Shown here: one piece after another, positions 29,054 to 39,250 of the stretch
Layout of the letters: each line of letters starts with the position of its first letter
Position numbering within the stretch: the first letter of the stretch is position 1
From: Candidatus Latescibacterota bacterium
Lineage (GTDB): Bacteria > Latescibacterota > UBA2968 > UBA8231
DNA: 64,000 nucleotides
Assembly (NCBI GenBank): GCA_965248265.1
Contig: CBDFJF010000001.1
Span: 2,688,001 to 2,752,000, forward strand
Direction of reading: 5' to 3'
Position numbers and translations under genes: made by a program
Notes under the pieces: model-generated
What the model was told of the DNA's origin: nothing
The model's database searches: none
The model's input: only the letters and a program-made list of their open reading frames with translations

Positions 29054-29551
29054 CTATTCCTTGCGTTTGTAGTGCCCGCTGCGGCCGCCCGTTTTCTCAA
29101 CCAGGCTGACCTCCCCGATCACCATGCCGCGATCCATCGCCTTACACATGTCGTAGATCGTCAGCAAAGCCACGGTGGCCGCCGTCATCGCCTCCATCTC
29201 CACCCCCGTACGCGCGGCGACTCTCGCCTCAGCTTCCACGGCAATGCGATCAGCGCCCAACACGATTGTCACGTCGACGAAGTCCAGTGCCAGGGGATGG
29301 CACAGCGGAATCAGCTCGCCCGTGCGTTTGGCCGCCATGATGCCCGCCAGGCGTGCCGTTTCCAGGACATTGCCCTTGGCGATCTGATCGGCAGCCACGG
29401 CCTGTAGCGTTTCCGGACGCATGCGGATCTCCCCACACGTGCGAGCGTAGCGCTGCGTCACTTCCTTGTCACCGACATCCACCATGCGGGTACGCCCTTG
29501 GGCATCGAGGTGCGTCAGTGTCTTGTCAGATGAACCCATTTCGTCAGTCAC
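29054..29551 (-). CDS. moaC: Cyclic pyranopterin monophosphate synthase MoaC
   Basis: LTHLD...MVDV, AGIMAAK.T..LIPLCH, TGVEMEA, YDMCKA; GTGA overlap with lipB stop. Confidence 0.96.
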   Translation of the reverse strand: MTDEMGSSDKTLTHLDAQGRTRMVDVGDKEVTQRYARTCGEIRMRPETLQAVAADQIAKGNVLETARLAGIMAAKRTGELIPLCHPLALDFVDVTIVLGADRIAVEAEARVAARTGVEMEAMTAATVALLTIYDMCKAMDRGMVIGEVSLVEKTGGRSGHYKRKE

Positions 29552-30255
29552 GTCCTGTTTGTGGGCGCGGTAGCACGTTCGTGAGTGAACAAAGCCCCCT
29601 CTCTGTCGAGGGGTTGTAATCGACAATCGAACTCATGTGCGAACTGCTGCGCAACCAGTTCGCTGACCTCTTCCATGTCAGGGCAAGTGCCCACTTGCTC
29701 CCAGACCGAAGTCATAACGTCACTGTCTAGACCGCATGGGTTGATGTAGCTGAAATGGGAAAGATCGGTGGCCACGTTGAGGGCGAATCCATGCATCGTG
29801 ATCCAGTGGCGTACATGGATGCCGATGGAAGCGATCTTGCGGTCTCCGACCCACACGCCGGTCCAACCCTCACGGGTATGACCCTCAAGCCCGTAGACTC
29901 CCAGCGCCCCGATTAAAACCTGTTCGAGTTGCCGTATGAATCGATGTACATCACGGCCCCGCGACCTCAGGTCCATGATCGGGTAGCCGACGAGCTGGCC
30001 GGGGCCGTGGTAGGTCACGCTTCCGCCTCGCTCGACTTCGTGCAAGTCGAAGCCAAGGCCACCGAGTGTGTCCGCATCGTTCTTCAGGTGCTCTGGACGG
30101 GAAGATCTGCCCAGCGTGAATGTCGGTGGATGCTCCACGTGCAGGAGGACATCCGACAGGCCCTCAGACCGCCTTCTCTCTCTCAGGGATCGCTGCCAGG
30201 CCCACGCCTGAGCGTAGTTCAGCTGTCCGGCATGGCAAAACCCCAATTCAGTCAC
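29548..30255 (-). CDS. lipB: Lipoyl(octanoyl) transferase
   Basis: EHPPTFTLG, RGGSVTYHGPGQLVGYP, KIASIG, HGFALN, INPCG. Confidence 0.96.
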   Translation of the reverse strand: MTELGFCHAGQLNYAQAWAWQRSLRERRRSEGLSDVLLHVEHPPTFTLGRSSRPEHLKNDADTLGGLGFDLHEVERGGSVTYHGPGQLVGYPIMDLRSRGRDVHRFIRQLEQVLIGALGVYGLEGHTREGWTGVWVGDRKIASIGIHVRHWITMHGFALNVATDLSHFSYINPCGLDSDVMTSVWEQVGTCPDMEEVSELVAQQFAHEFDCRLQPLDREGALFTHERATAPTNRT

Positions 30256-30296
30256 CTGAGAGCCACCCAGTTTCCCCTGTATGGAAAATTGTGAGC

Positions 30297-30325
30297 TTGC
30301 CTAACTTCTGGAACGGAGCTATATT
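30297..30325 (+). promoter_or_regulatory. Putative sigma70 promoter of groEL
   Basis: TTGCCT-N17-TATATT. Confidence 0.6.
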
Positions 30326-30345
30326 GAATGTTTGTCAATTAAAAA

Positions 30346-30372
30346 ATAGCACTCTCCGCCTTTGAGTGCTAA
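30346..30372 (+). promoter_or_regulatory. CIRCE element (HrcA operator)
   Basis: ATAGCACTC-N9-GAGTGCTAA, one mismatch to TTAGCACTC-N9-GAGTGCTAA, upstream of groEL. Confidence 0.93.
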
Positions 30373-30425
30373 TTGTTCTTTTTCAATCAGAGTAACACAC
30401 AACCGCATATTTTACAGGTACTTAA

Positions 30426-32060
<1,635 letters not shown>

Positions 32061-32062
32061 AC

Positions 32063-32110
32063 AAAGAAAAAGGCTCCGCTGCCTCATGGCCGCGGAGCCT
32101 TTCTTTTTTT
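32063..32110. terminator. Bidirectional intrinsic terminator
   Basis: AAAGGCTCCGC...GCGGAGCCTTT stem with A- and T-tracts between convergent genes. Confidence 0.88.
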
Positions 32111-32127
32111 GTGCGGTCGCGATCCGG

Positions 32128-32613
32128 TCAGTCCTTCCCCCGCGCCAGTTCGCCTTCGGGAGTCCCGTCACGACCGTCGGCTTCCTCAGCGTTGGTCGGA
32201 AACTCACGCAACGTGGTCTTGGCCTGTTCCTGATCTTCCTCCCAATCATCCGGTACGGCAGCCAGTTCATCGGCCGGAAAAAACTCGGCGTTGGCGCCCT
32301 CCTCCATTACCAGGTGGGGCGTTTCCACGGACCCGCAGAAGTGGCTGGAGGCGGCGAGATAGACCCGTCGACTGGCCTTGAGTTTTCCCCAGACCTTGCC
32401 GCTGATTATCGCCTCGCTGACTTCCATGAGCTCAGCTATGACCTTTCCCTGGGCACCGACGATCATGGTCTCAGAAGTATTGAGCCGCCCCCGCAGGTAT
32501 CCTTCGACGCGCACGCAGTGATCGATCTCCAGGGCTCCCTCCAGCATCGAACCCCGACCGATGACGGTACCGTGGTCCGAGCCGCCTGACCCGTTGTTTG
32601 CCCTCACAGCCAT
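32128..32613 (-). CDS. Bactofilin (polymer-forming cytoskeletal protein)
   Basis: TVIGRGSMLEG, VRVEG...IVG.QG.V, GSVETPHLVMEEGA beta-helix; acidic tail. Confidence 0.88.
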   Translation of the reverse strand: MAVRANNGSGGSDHGTVIGRGSMLEGALEIDHCVRVEGYLRGRLNTSETMIVGAQGKVIAELMEVSEAIISGKVWGKLKASRRVYLAASSHFCGSVETPHLVMEEGANAEFFPADELAAVPDDWEEDQEQAKTTLREFPTNAEEADGRDGTPEGELARGKD

Positions 32614-33365
32614 ATTCGATATTCCAATGGATTTCGTGGTCGACCATCCTCGTAGACACTGAAAAACAGACCCGTGTGATTACCGTCACCGCCACTCCCG
32701 GACAGTGCCAGGGGCTGCCCCTTCTGCACAAACTCACCTGCCTCCACCAGCAACGTCCGGTTATATCCGTACTCCGTGGTCAGCCGATTTCCATGGTCCA
32801 GGACCACCGCGTACCCGTGTTGGAGATCGAATCCCGCTCGCAGCACGGTGCCGGCGGCGCTGGCCCGCACCAGACTCCCACTTGGTGCAGCGACCACGAT
32901 GCCGCCCGTGCTCGGTGAGAACCCTCCCACCGGCACTCCTCGAACAGGCCAGAGCGTGGGAACCGTACGCACGTGGCCCCCGAGCAGCCGATCAACGGAA
33001 GAGACGTAATGCTCGATCACCGATCCACCTGGCGATGGAGATGACGGCTCGCCGACATCGGGCGTCGCGGAGAGTATATGGCGCAGCTTCTTGTTGCGCT
33101 CCTCAAGGCTCTCCAGGAGCACTTCCAACTCAGTGAGCAAACCGACATCCTCCTCGAGGACCCCTTTCTCACGCTCCAGCTGTGCTACCAGGCGGCGCAT
33201 GTCCTTGGCGTCGGAGTGCGCGATGAAGCCGGCGATGAGCAGGAAGAGGACGACGACGCAGGAAAAACCGGCCAGCCATGCGAGTACACGCGGGATCTTG
33301 AACTCGTAGGTACGCCCTCCCTCTTCGGGAATGATGAGAAGGGTCAGTCGTCGCGCTTTGGCCAT
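32604..33365 (-). CDS. M23/LytM-fold protein with TM helix and coiled coil, probably catalytically inactive
   Basis: PTLWPVRG...V.ASAAG.V...GYAVVLDHG...VQKGQ.LA.SG.G; zinc ligands absent. Confidence 0.85.
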   Translation of the reverse strand: MAKARRLTLLIIPEEGGRTYEFKIPRVLAWLAGFSCVVVLFLLIAGFIAHSDAKDMRRLVAQLEREKGVLEEDVGLLTELEVLLESLEERNKKLRHILSATPDVGEPSSPSPGGSVIEHYVSSVDRLLGGHVRTVPTLWPVRGVPVGGFSPSTGGIVVAAPSGSLVRASAAGTVLRAGFDLQHGYAVVLDHGNRLTTEYGYNRTLLVEAGEFVQKGQPLALSGSGGDGNHTGLFFSVYEDGRPRNPLEYRIWL

Positions 33366-33368
33366 GGC

Positions 33369-33701
33369 CTATGCCGTTATGTCCAGCAGGATTCCGGTCA
33401 TCTCATCCTGCGCTCGAATTACATGTGCGAGACCGTTTGCGTGATTCGGAGCTGTCAGCAAGGGCAGGATACCCGTCGTCAATAGGTCTTCACTCGGATT
33501 GACCGTGCCATCGGCAGGAGTGAGCTGTGCGTGCGTCCGTGTTTCGACTCCCCGACCTTCGAGTTCACTGGCATGCGCCCGAAGAGTGACGGTGACCGAG
33601 GGAGGGACGGCAGCCTGACTGGCGATGTTGTGCGCCGCCCCCTGAAGACGAGCCTGCTGATGGCGCAGTCCGGAGGCAGCTATGGAAAGATTCGTGATCA
33701 T
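33369..33701 (-). CDS. Small flagellar basal-body-rod-like protein (N- and C-terminal rod motifs only)
   Basis: IAASGL....RL...AHNIA and VIRAQDEMTGILLDITA. Confidence 0.72.
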   Translation of the reverse strand: MITNLSIAASGLRHQQARLQGAAHNIASQAAVPPSVTVTLRAHASELEGRGVETRTHAQLTPADGTVNPSEDLLTTGILPLLTAPNHANGLAHVIRAQDEMTGILLDITA

Positions 33702-33759
33702 GTGTTTGGCTCTTCTGTATATATCATATATCGGATAAATCAGCAGAAAAGATCACTCT

Positions 33760-33836
33760 TCCGCTTTAGCGATCCGCTTTAGCGATCCGCTTTAGCGATC
33801 CGCTTTAGCGATCCGCTTTAGCGATCCGCTTTAGCG
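33760..33836. repeat. 13-bp tandem array, about 5.9 perfect copies
   Basis: (TCCGCTTTAGCGA)x5 plus 12 nt; contains the stop codon of the DUF3347 gene. Confidence 0.97.
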
Positions 33837-34294
33837 TCCATGAAGACACCGCAGTGGAGCATTCGTGCACCGAAATACGGATTCGCGATGTCCCCGTTGC
33901 GCTGGATCCAGCGCGCCCCCTGGTAGTCGAACGCCATTGGACATCCGGCAACGCGAAGCCCGTCCATGAGCGCCTTGCCGTCGATGAGGTACTCGGAAAT
34001 CGACTGGAAAAGCACCCGGACGCTGTCGACGTCGGCCCCTTCCGCCCCGGCCACCAACCGTTGGACCTCCTCGGGTGCGGACTCGGACAGATGCCGAAGA
34101 GCCGCGATCGCCTCATCCAGACGATCCCGGGCAAGCGCGTCCTGAGCCACCAGATACTGCTTCAAAACCGGGTCAGCTTCAAGGGCAGCGTCCACCCGCC
34201 GGATCGCATCATCCTCACCGTTGGCGCAGCCGTTCAGACCCACAAGAACCAGGGCTGTGCCCCATCGCCCAATCCTGCGTACTTGCCCCGTCAT
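33818..34294 (-). CDS. DUF3347-domain lipoprotein (CusB-associated metal-binding type)
   Basis: Lipobox LNG-C; CPMA....ARWIQ....IANPYFG..ML.CG. Confidence 0.85.
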   Translation of the reverse strand: MTGQVRRIGRWGTALVLVGLNGCANGEDDAIRRVDAALEADPVLKQYLVAQDALARDRLDEAIAALRHLSESAPEEVQRLVAGAEGADVDSVRVLFQSISEYLIDGKALMDGLRVAGCPMAFDYQGARWIQRNGDIANPYFGARMLHCGVFMDAKADR

Positions 34295-34451
34295 AAAAAA
34301 AGAATAGGGTGGCCGGCCCCGACAACCAAGGCTTCATCATCGTCGGGGGAGCCCGCACTCAGTCATGTAGACGACAGGTAACAGATCGATCTCCTTACAG
34401 CTTGGGTTTCTCGAGTTGATCGACAGGCACGAAGATTGCGTTTCCGACACT

Positions 34452-36014
34452 ATGCCCACTTGCGTACTCAGCGCCTTGACGCACGGAATCGAAGCCTACC
34501 TCGTCCGTGTCGAGGTCGATACCAGCCGCCAACTGCCCACCTTCACCGTCGTCGGTCTGCCCGACAGCGCAGTGCGAGAGAGCCGCGAACGGGTGATGGC
34601 CGCCATCCGGAACTCCGGATATGAGTGGCCCCGGCGACGCGTCACCGTCAACCTGGCGCCAGCGGATGTGCGCAAGGAGGGTTCCGCTTTTGACCTCGCA
34701 ATGGCAGTCGGCATTCTCGGTGCTTCCGGTCAACTCGACAATACCCTGTTAGCCGACTACGCCTTTCTCGGAGAGTTGTCCCTTGACGGGTCGGTGCGAC
34801 CCGTGCGCGGAGCCCTTTCGATGGCCATGGAGATGGCTCAGCAGGGGATATATGCCACCATCCTGCCGCGGGAGAACATGGAAGAAGCCGCCATGGCCGA
34901 CGGACCGCTCGTGTACGGGGCTCACACCTTGACTGAGACTATCGAGATCCTGGAGGGTAGTGTCCGCATTCCCCCGTACTCCGTCGATCTTGCCGCCGCC
35001 CTCGCTCGTCACCGTGGTCCCGCCGACGACATCGATTTCTCGGAGGTCCGGGGACAGGGACAAGCCAAGCGCGCGCTCGAGGTCGCTGCCGCGGGAGGCC
35101 ACAACGTCCTCCTCATCGGCCCGCCGGGATCCGGAAAAACCATGCTGGCTCGCCGGTTGCCCACCATACTCCCGGAGATTACCGCGGAGGAAGCCCTCGC
35201 GACGACGAGGATTCACTCCGTTGCCGGGCTGTTGCCTCCAGGGATTGCGGTAGTCAACCAGAGGCCATTCCGCGCCCCGCATCACACCATATCGGACGCC
35301 GGACTGATCGGTGGTGGCCGTTATCCCCGGCCGGGCGAGGCCTCACTCGCCCACCATGGCGTGCTCTTTCTGGATGAACTTCCCGAGTTCAAGAGGCATG
35401 TCGTCGAAGCCTTACGACAGCCATTGGAGGACAACCATATAACGATTGGCCGGGCAGCGTTGACGCTGACCTACCCGGCCCGTTTCATGCTGGTTGCCGC
35501 CATGAACCCATGTCCGTGTGGGCAGCTGACGAACCCGCAGCGCGAGTGCTCCTGCACGGCGACGACAGTACAGCGATACTGCAATCGGCTATCTGGGCCG
35601 TTATTAGACCGTATCGACCTTCACGTAGATGTCCCGGCGCCCTCCTATGGGCAGATGTCGGCGCCAGACGGCGGCGAATCCTCGCGCCAGATTGGCGCAC
35701 GAGTCACCTCGGCCAGGCATATACAACTCGATCGCTACGCCGGCATGCCCGATCAATTCTGCAATGCCCATCTGGGATCTCGAGATGTATCCGAGTTCTG
35801 CCGCTTGCACGGCGACGGCGAGCAGTTGCTGAGCTTGGCCATCACGCGGTTGAAGCTTTCCGCGCGCGCCTATCACCGTATCCTGAAGGTTTCGCGGACC
35901 ATAGCCGACCTTGATTGGGAAGGAGAAATCCTCTCGCACCACGTCAGCGAGGCCATCCAATACCGGAGTCTCGACCGCGCCTCGGCAACCGAGCCCACCA
36001 CCTTATTCCGGTGA
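34452..36014 (+). CDS. comM: YifB/ComM Mg-chelatase-like AAA+ ATPase
   Basis: VGLPDSAVRES.ERV, NLAPAD.RKEG, GPPGSGKT, FRAPHH, LFLDELPEF, SGPLLDRID. Confidence 0.93.
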   Translation: MPTCVLSALTHGIEAYLVRVEVDTSRQLPTFTVVGLPDSAVRESRERVMAAIRNSGYEWPRRRVTVNLAPADVRKEGSAFDLAMAVGILGASGQLDNTLLADYAFLGELSLDGSVRPVRGALSMAMEMAQQGIYATILPRENMEEAAMADGPLVYGAHTLTETIEILEGSVRIPPYSVDLAAALARHRGPADDIDFSEVRGQGQAKRALEVAAAGGHNVLLIGPPGSGKTMLARRLPTILPEITAEEALATTRIHSVAGLLPPGIAVVNQRPFRAPHHTISDAGLIGGGRYPRPGEASLAHHGVLFLDELPEFKRHVVEALRQPLEDNHITIGRAALTLTYPARFMLVAAMNPCPCGQLTNPQRECSCTATTVQRYCNRLSGPLLDRIDLHVDVPAPSYGQMSAPDGGESSRQIGARVTSARHIQLDRYAGMPDQFCNAHLGSRDVSEFCRLHGDGEQLLSLAITRLKLSARAYHRILKVSRTIADLDWEGEILSHHVSEAIQYRSLDRASATEPTTLFR

Positions 36015-37025
36015 AAGGGCGTTTTCTCGGGCAAACGCCCGCTCGCTTTCGACGAGCTCTCCCCGCAACAGGTGGATGCGTCCCAGCTCGCGCCACAAAA
36101 TGGCATTGGCAGGCATTCTCTCGACCAGTTGGCGCAGCAGTGGCAGCGCCTTTTCCGTGTCGTCCTTGACGATGTAACTGAGCGCCAGATTGTGCAGCGC
36201 GTCGTCGTCAGCCGGATCCAGGGCGACGGCTGTTTCGTATGCGCCAATCGCCTCGTCGTAGGCCTCCAGCTGCCAGTGCAGATTGCCCAGGTTGTAATGG
36301 ACTGTCTGGTCATCCGGCAGCATCTTCAATAATCGCTCATACACGCCGATGGCAGCTTCCAGGTTGCCACTTCCCTCACAGGCCTGGGCGAGGCTGCGCA
36401 GCCCGTCCCGGTGCTGGGGGTCCAGTTCCAGAAGTCGCTCAAAGCTTGTTGCCGCTTCGGCGTAACTTTGATTGGCCAGGTGGACCGTGCCCAGATCGAA
36501 CCACGATGTCGGGTTGTCAGCATCGACTCGAGCCGCGGCTTCGTACGCCGTCGTCGCCGCTGAGAGGCTGTCCAGTTTGAAATAGGTGTAGCCGAGGTTG
36601 CGCCACCCGGCGGCCTGCGCCGGATCGATCGCAGTCGCCGCTTTGAACGCCCCTATCGCCGCCGCGTGATCGGCAGTGGCCTCTTGCAGGATGGCAGCTC
36701 CACGGTTGTACTCGGTGGTGAAGTAGTCGGTACGCACGCGATCGACGCCAAGGAAGTGGTCATCGCCCAGCGCCAGCGAGCGCTCGAAGGCCTGGTTCAT
36801 TCGTGTGTAGTCGCCGCGGCGCGCGTGAATGGTGCCGATCAGAAAGGGAACTTCGGGATCCCCCGGCCGCTTCGTGCCCGCCTGTTCCAGGTAATCCAAA
36901 GCCTCTTGGTCCTGCCCATCACGCATGTAGAGCTTGCCTTTGGTCAGTTCACCCTGACATCCAATCAAGCATATCAGCGCCAACATGATGAGGGGGGTTC
37001 GTCCGATCGTTGATCGATTCATCAC
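36003..37025 (-). CDS. TPR-repeat lipoprotein
   Basis: Lipobox LIG-C; multiple TPR repeats; GAGGAG RBS. Confidence 0.88.
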   Translation of the reverse strand: MMNRSTIGRTPLIMLALICLIGCQGELTKGKLYMRDGQDQEALDYLEQAGTKRPGDPEVPFLIGTIHARRGDYTRMNQAFERSLALGDDHFLGVDRVRTDYFTTEYNRGAAILQEATADHAAAIGAFKAATAIDPAQAAGWRNLGYTYFKLDSLSAATTAYEAAARVDADNPTSWFDLGTVHLANQSYAEAATSFERLLELDPQHRDGLRSLAQACEGSGNLEAAIGVYERLLKMLPDDQTVHYNLGNLHWQLEAYDEAIGAYETAVALDPADDDALHNLALSYIVKDDTEKALPLLRQLVERMPANAILWRELGRIHLLRGELVESERAFARENALSPE

Positions 37026-37089
37026 GGTCTCCTCACATTGCTTTCACTGGCCTGCATCAATCGCTTTATTCAAATTCCAGCCTCGTCTA

Positions 37090-37309
37090 AAGTGTCCCGT
37101 CGCAGAAATAGGTTGACGAAACTCGGCCGCCCGAACCGTCAGGTTCGCAGGCGCGTCCGGCTTGCAAGGCGCCTGAGCGAGTCGTATTAGTGGGATACGG
37201 CGAGCGAAGGCGCTCAGGGACGAGGCCGAACTCCAAGAGTTCGGTCCCACGCCGCGAGCAGGGATGGATCGGCGGAAGAATGTCGACATATTTCTGCGAC
37301 GGGACACTT
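37090..37309. mobile_element. MITE-like non-autonomous element, 220 bp
   Basis: Perfect 21-bp terminal IR AAGTGTCCCGTCGCAGAAATA (37090-37110 / 37289-37309), 26/28 when extended; internal hairpins; no convincing ORF. Confidence 0.75.
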
Positions 37310-37337
37310 ATAGTAGTTATAACTGAGGATTCGACTC

Positions 37338-39236
37338 GTGACTGCAGCAGACAATGACAGCGATGCCGTAACGGTAGTCCGTGATGTCATGGTGCCCATG
37401 CGGGACGGTGTGCACATGGCAACGGACATTTTTTTCCCTCCCGGCTGTGATCGCTCGGCGCCGCACCCCGTGCTCCTGCATCGCACGCCCTACAACAAGA
37501 TCGAAGCCGAGCGCATGACCAGCTACGCTCCGTGGTTTGCCCGACACGGCTACATCGGCGTCATGCAGGATTGCCGTGGTTGCTACAAATCGGAAGGCGA
37601 TGTCGATTTCTTTGCGCCGGAGGCCGAGGACGGCTTCGACACCCTGGAATGGATTTCTCAGCAAGAGTGGTCGAACGGCAAGGTTGGGACCTGGGGTACT
37701 TCGTGGGCGTCGTGGACTCAGACTGGCCCCGCGGCACTGGGCTCCAAGCACCTGGCCGTGATGGTGCCCAACATGAGCGGAGCGTTCGCGCATGAGAGTT
37801 CCGTCCGTCACGGGGGGGCGCTGGAGCTGCGCTTTCTTGCATGGGCTTTCTGGCACAGTGCGTGCAACACGCAGCGGGCGCTCAAATCGAACCCGGCCAT
37901 TGATGCTGCGTTGAATCATAAAGCTCCCACGTTCACCGATTGGCTGACCAGGATGCCATTGCGGCGAGGGCAGACGCAGCTGAGCATCGTGCCCGCCTAC
38001 GAGGAGTGGGCGCTGAAAATTCAGACCGAAGCGAATCTCACCGACTACTGGAAACAACCGAGTCTGTCACCGGGGTACTACTGGGACGACTTCCCGGACA
38101 TTCCCATTCTCATCGTCGGCGGGTGGTACGATTCCTACACACGCTCTACCTTCCGTAACTTCGAAGGACTCTCCAGCCGCAAAAAGGGGCCCATCAAAGT
38201 CCTCGTGGGCCCGTGGCTGCATGGCCACAACACCGTCGAACAGACCTTCGCGGGCGATATCGAATTCGGTGAGGATTCGGCCCTGGCGAGTTTTCGCGAC
38301 CTGCACAAGCGCTGGTTCGACGCGGCACTGAAGGGAGTCGATACCGGCATCGCTCATGAGGCGCCGGTGGAGATCTTTGTCATGGGCGGGGGCGGGGGCC
38401 AGCGCACAGCTGCGGGAAGATTGTTTCACGGAGGCTCCTGGAGGCAGGAAAAAGAGTGGCCGTTGGCACGCACCCAATACACCCCGTTTTATTTACAGGA
38501 TGACGGGGGCTTGATTCCCGAGAAACCGGACGACGACGACTCCTCAACGACCTACCGCTTTGACCCCTCGAATCCAGTGCCCTCGCTCGGCGGCAACGTG
38601 TCGGCGCTGTGCGACCTGCTGCCCAGTCCGGCCGGGGTGATGGATCCGGCCTTCACTCCGCGTGCCGGCAGGATCGAGACCCTGCTCAAGCCGGGTGGGT
38701 ATGATCAAGTCGAAGGCCCTCAGTATTGGGGCTGCACGCCACCCTACCTGCCGCTTGGATCGCGTCCTGATGTGCTGGTGTTTGAGACAGATCCGCTTAA
38801 ACAGGACATGGAAGTGACCGGACCGATTGAGGTTTTTCTGTGGGTGAGCTCGTCAGCCGTCGATACCGATTTCACGGCCAAGCTCATCGACGTCTATCCG
38901 CCGAGCTCATGGTACCCGTTCGGCTACGCCTTGAATCTCACCGACAGCATCATGCGACTGCGCTTCCGCAACGGCTACGAACACGGAGAGGAGTTGCTCA
39001 CACCCGGGAATCGTGTCCAGGTTCAGATCACCCTCTACCCGACCAGCAACCTGTTCGGCGCCGGACATCGTATCCGTCTCGATGTGTCCAGTTCGAATTT
39101 CCCACGCTTCGACGTCAATCCAAACACCGGGGATGCTATCGGCACGGAGCGTCGCCGCCAGGGGGCCGACAACACCGTCTTCCACAGTGCCTCCTACCCG
39201 TCCCACATCGTGCTACCCATCGTGCCGGCCAAATGA
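37338..39236 (+). CDS. CocE/NonD family hydrolase
   Basis: MRDGV, RTPY, QDCRG..SEG, GTSW, GGWYD, GPW.H, RLDVSSSNFPRF. Confidence 0.94.
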   Translation: MTAADNDSDAVTVVRDVMVPMRDGVHMATDIFFPPGCDRSAPHPVLLHRTPYNKIEAERMTSYAPWFARHGYIGVMQDCRGCYKSEGDVDFFAPEAEDGFDTLEWISQQEWSNGKVGTWGTSWASWTQTGPAALGSKHLAVMVPNMSGAFAHESSVRHGGALELRFLAWAFWHSACNTQRALKSNPAIDAALNHKAPTFTDWLTRMPLRRGQTQLSIVPAYEEWALKIQTEANLTDYWKQPSLSPGYYWDDFPDIPILIVGGWYDSYTRSTFRNFEGLSSRKKGPIKVLVGPWLHGHNTVEQTFAGDIEFGEDSALASFRDLHKRWFDAALKGVDTGIAHEAPVEIFVMGGGGGQRTAAGRLFHGGSWRQEKEWPLARTQYTPFYLQDDGGLIPEKPDDDDSSTTYRFDPSNPVPSLGGNVSALCDLLPSPAGVMDPAFTPRAGRIETLLKPGGYDQVEGPQYWGCTPPYLPLGSRPDVLVFETDPLKQDMEVTGPIEVFLWVSSSAVDTDFTAKLIDVYPPSSWYPFGYALNLTDSIMRLRFRNGYEHGEELLTPGNRVQVQITLYPTSNLFGAGHRIRLDVSSSNFPRFDVNPNTGDAIGTERRRQGADNTVFHSASYPSHIVLPIVPAK

Positions 39237-39250
39237 TCAAGTAGAGTTGA

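Noticed and set aside
33760-33836. Possible CRISPR array
   Set aside because: Units are 13 bp and contiguous with no spacers; no cas genes in the window.
37090-37309. 6S RNA
   Set aside because: Perfect long terminal IR and branched interior fit a MITE better than the 6S rod with central bubble; not formally excluded.
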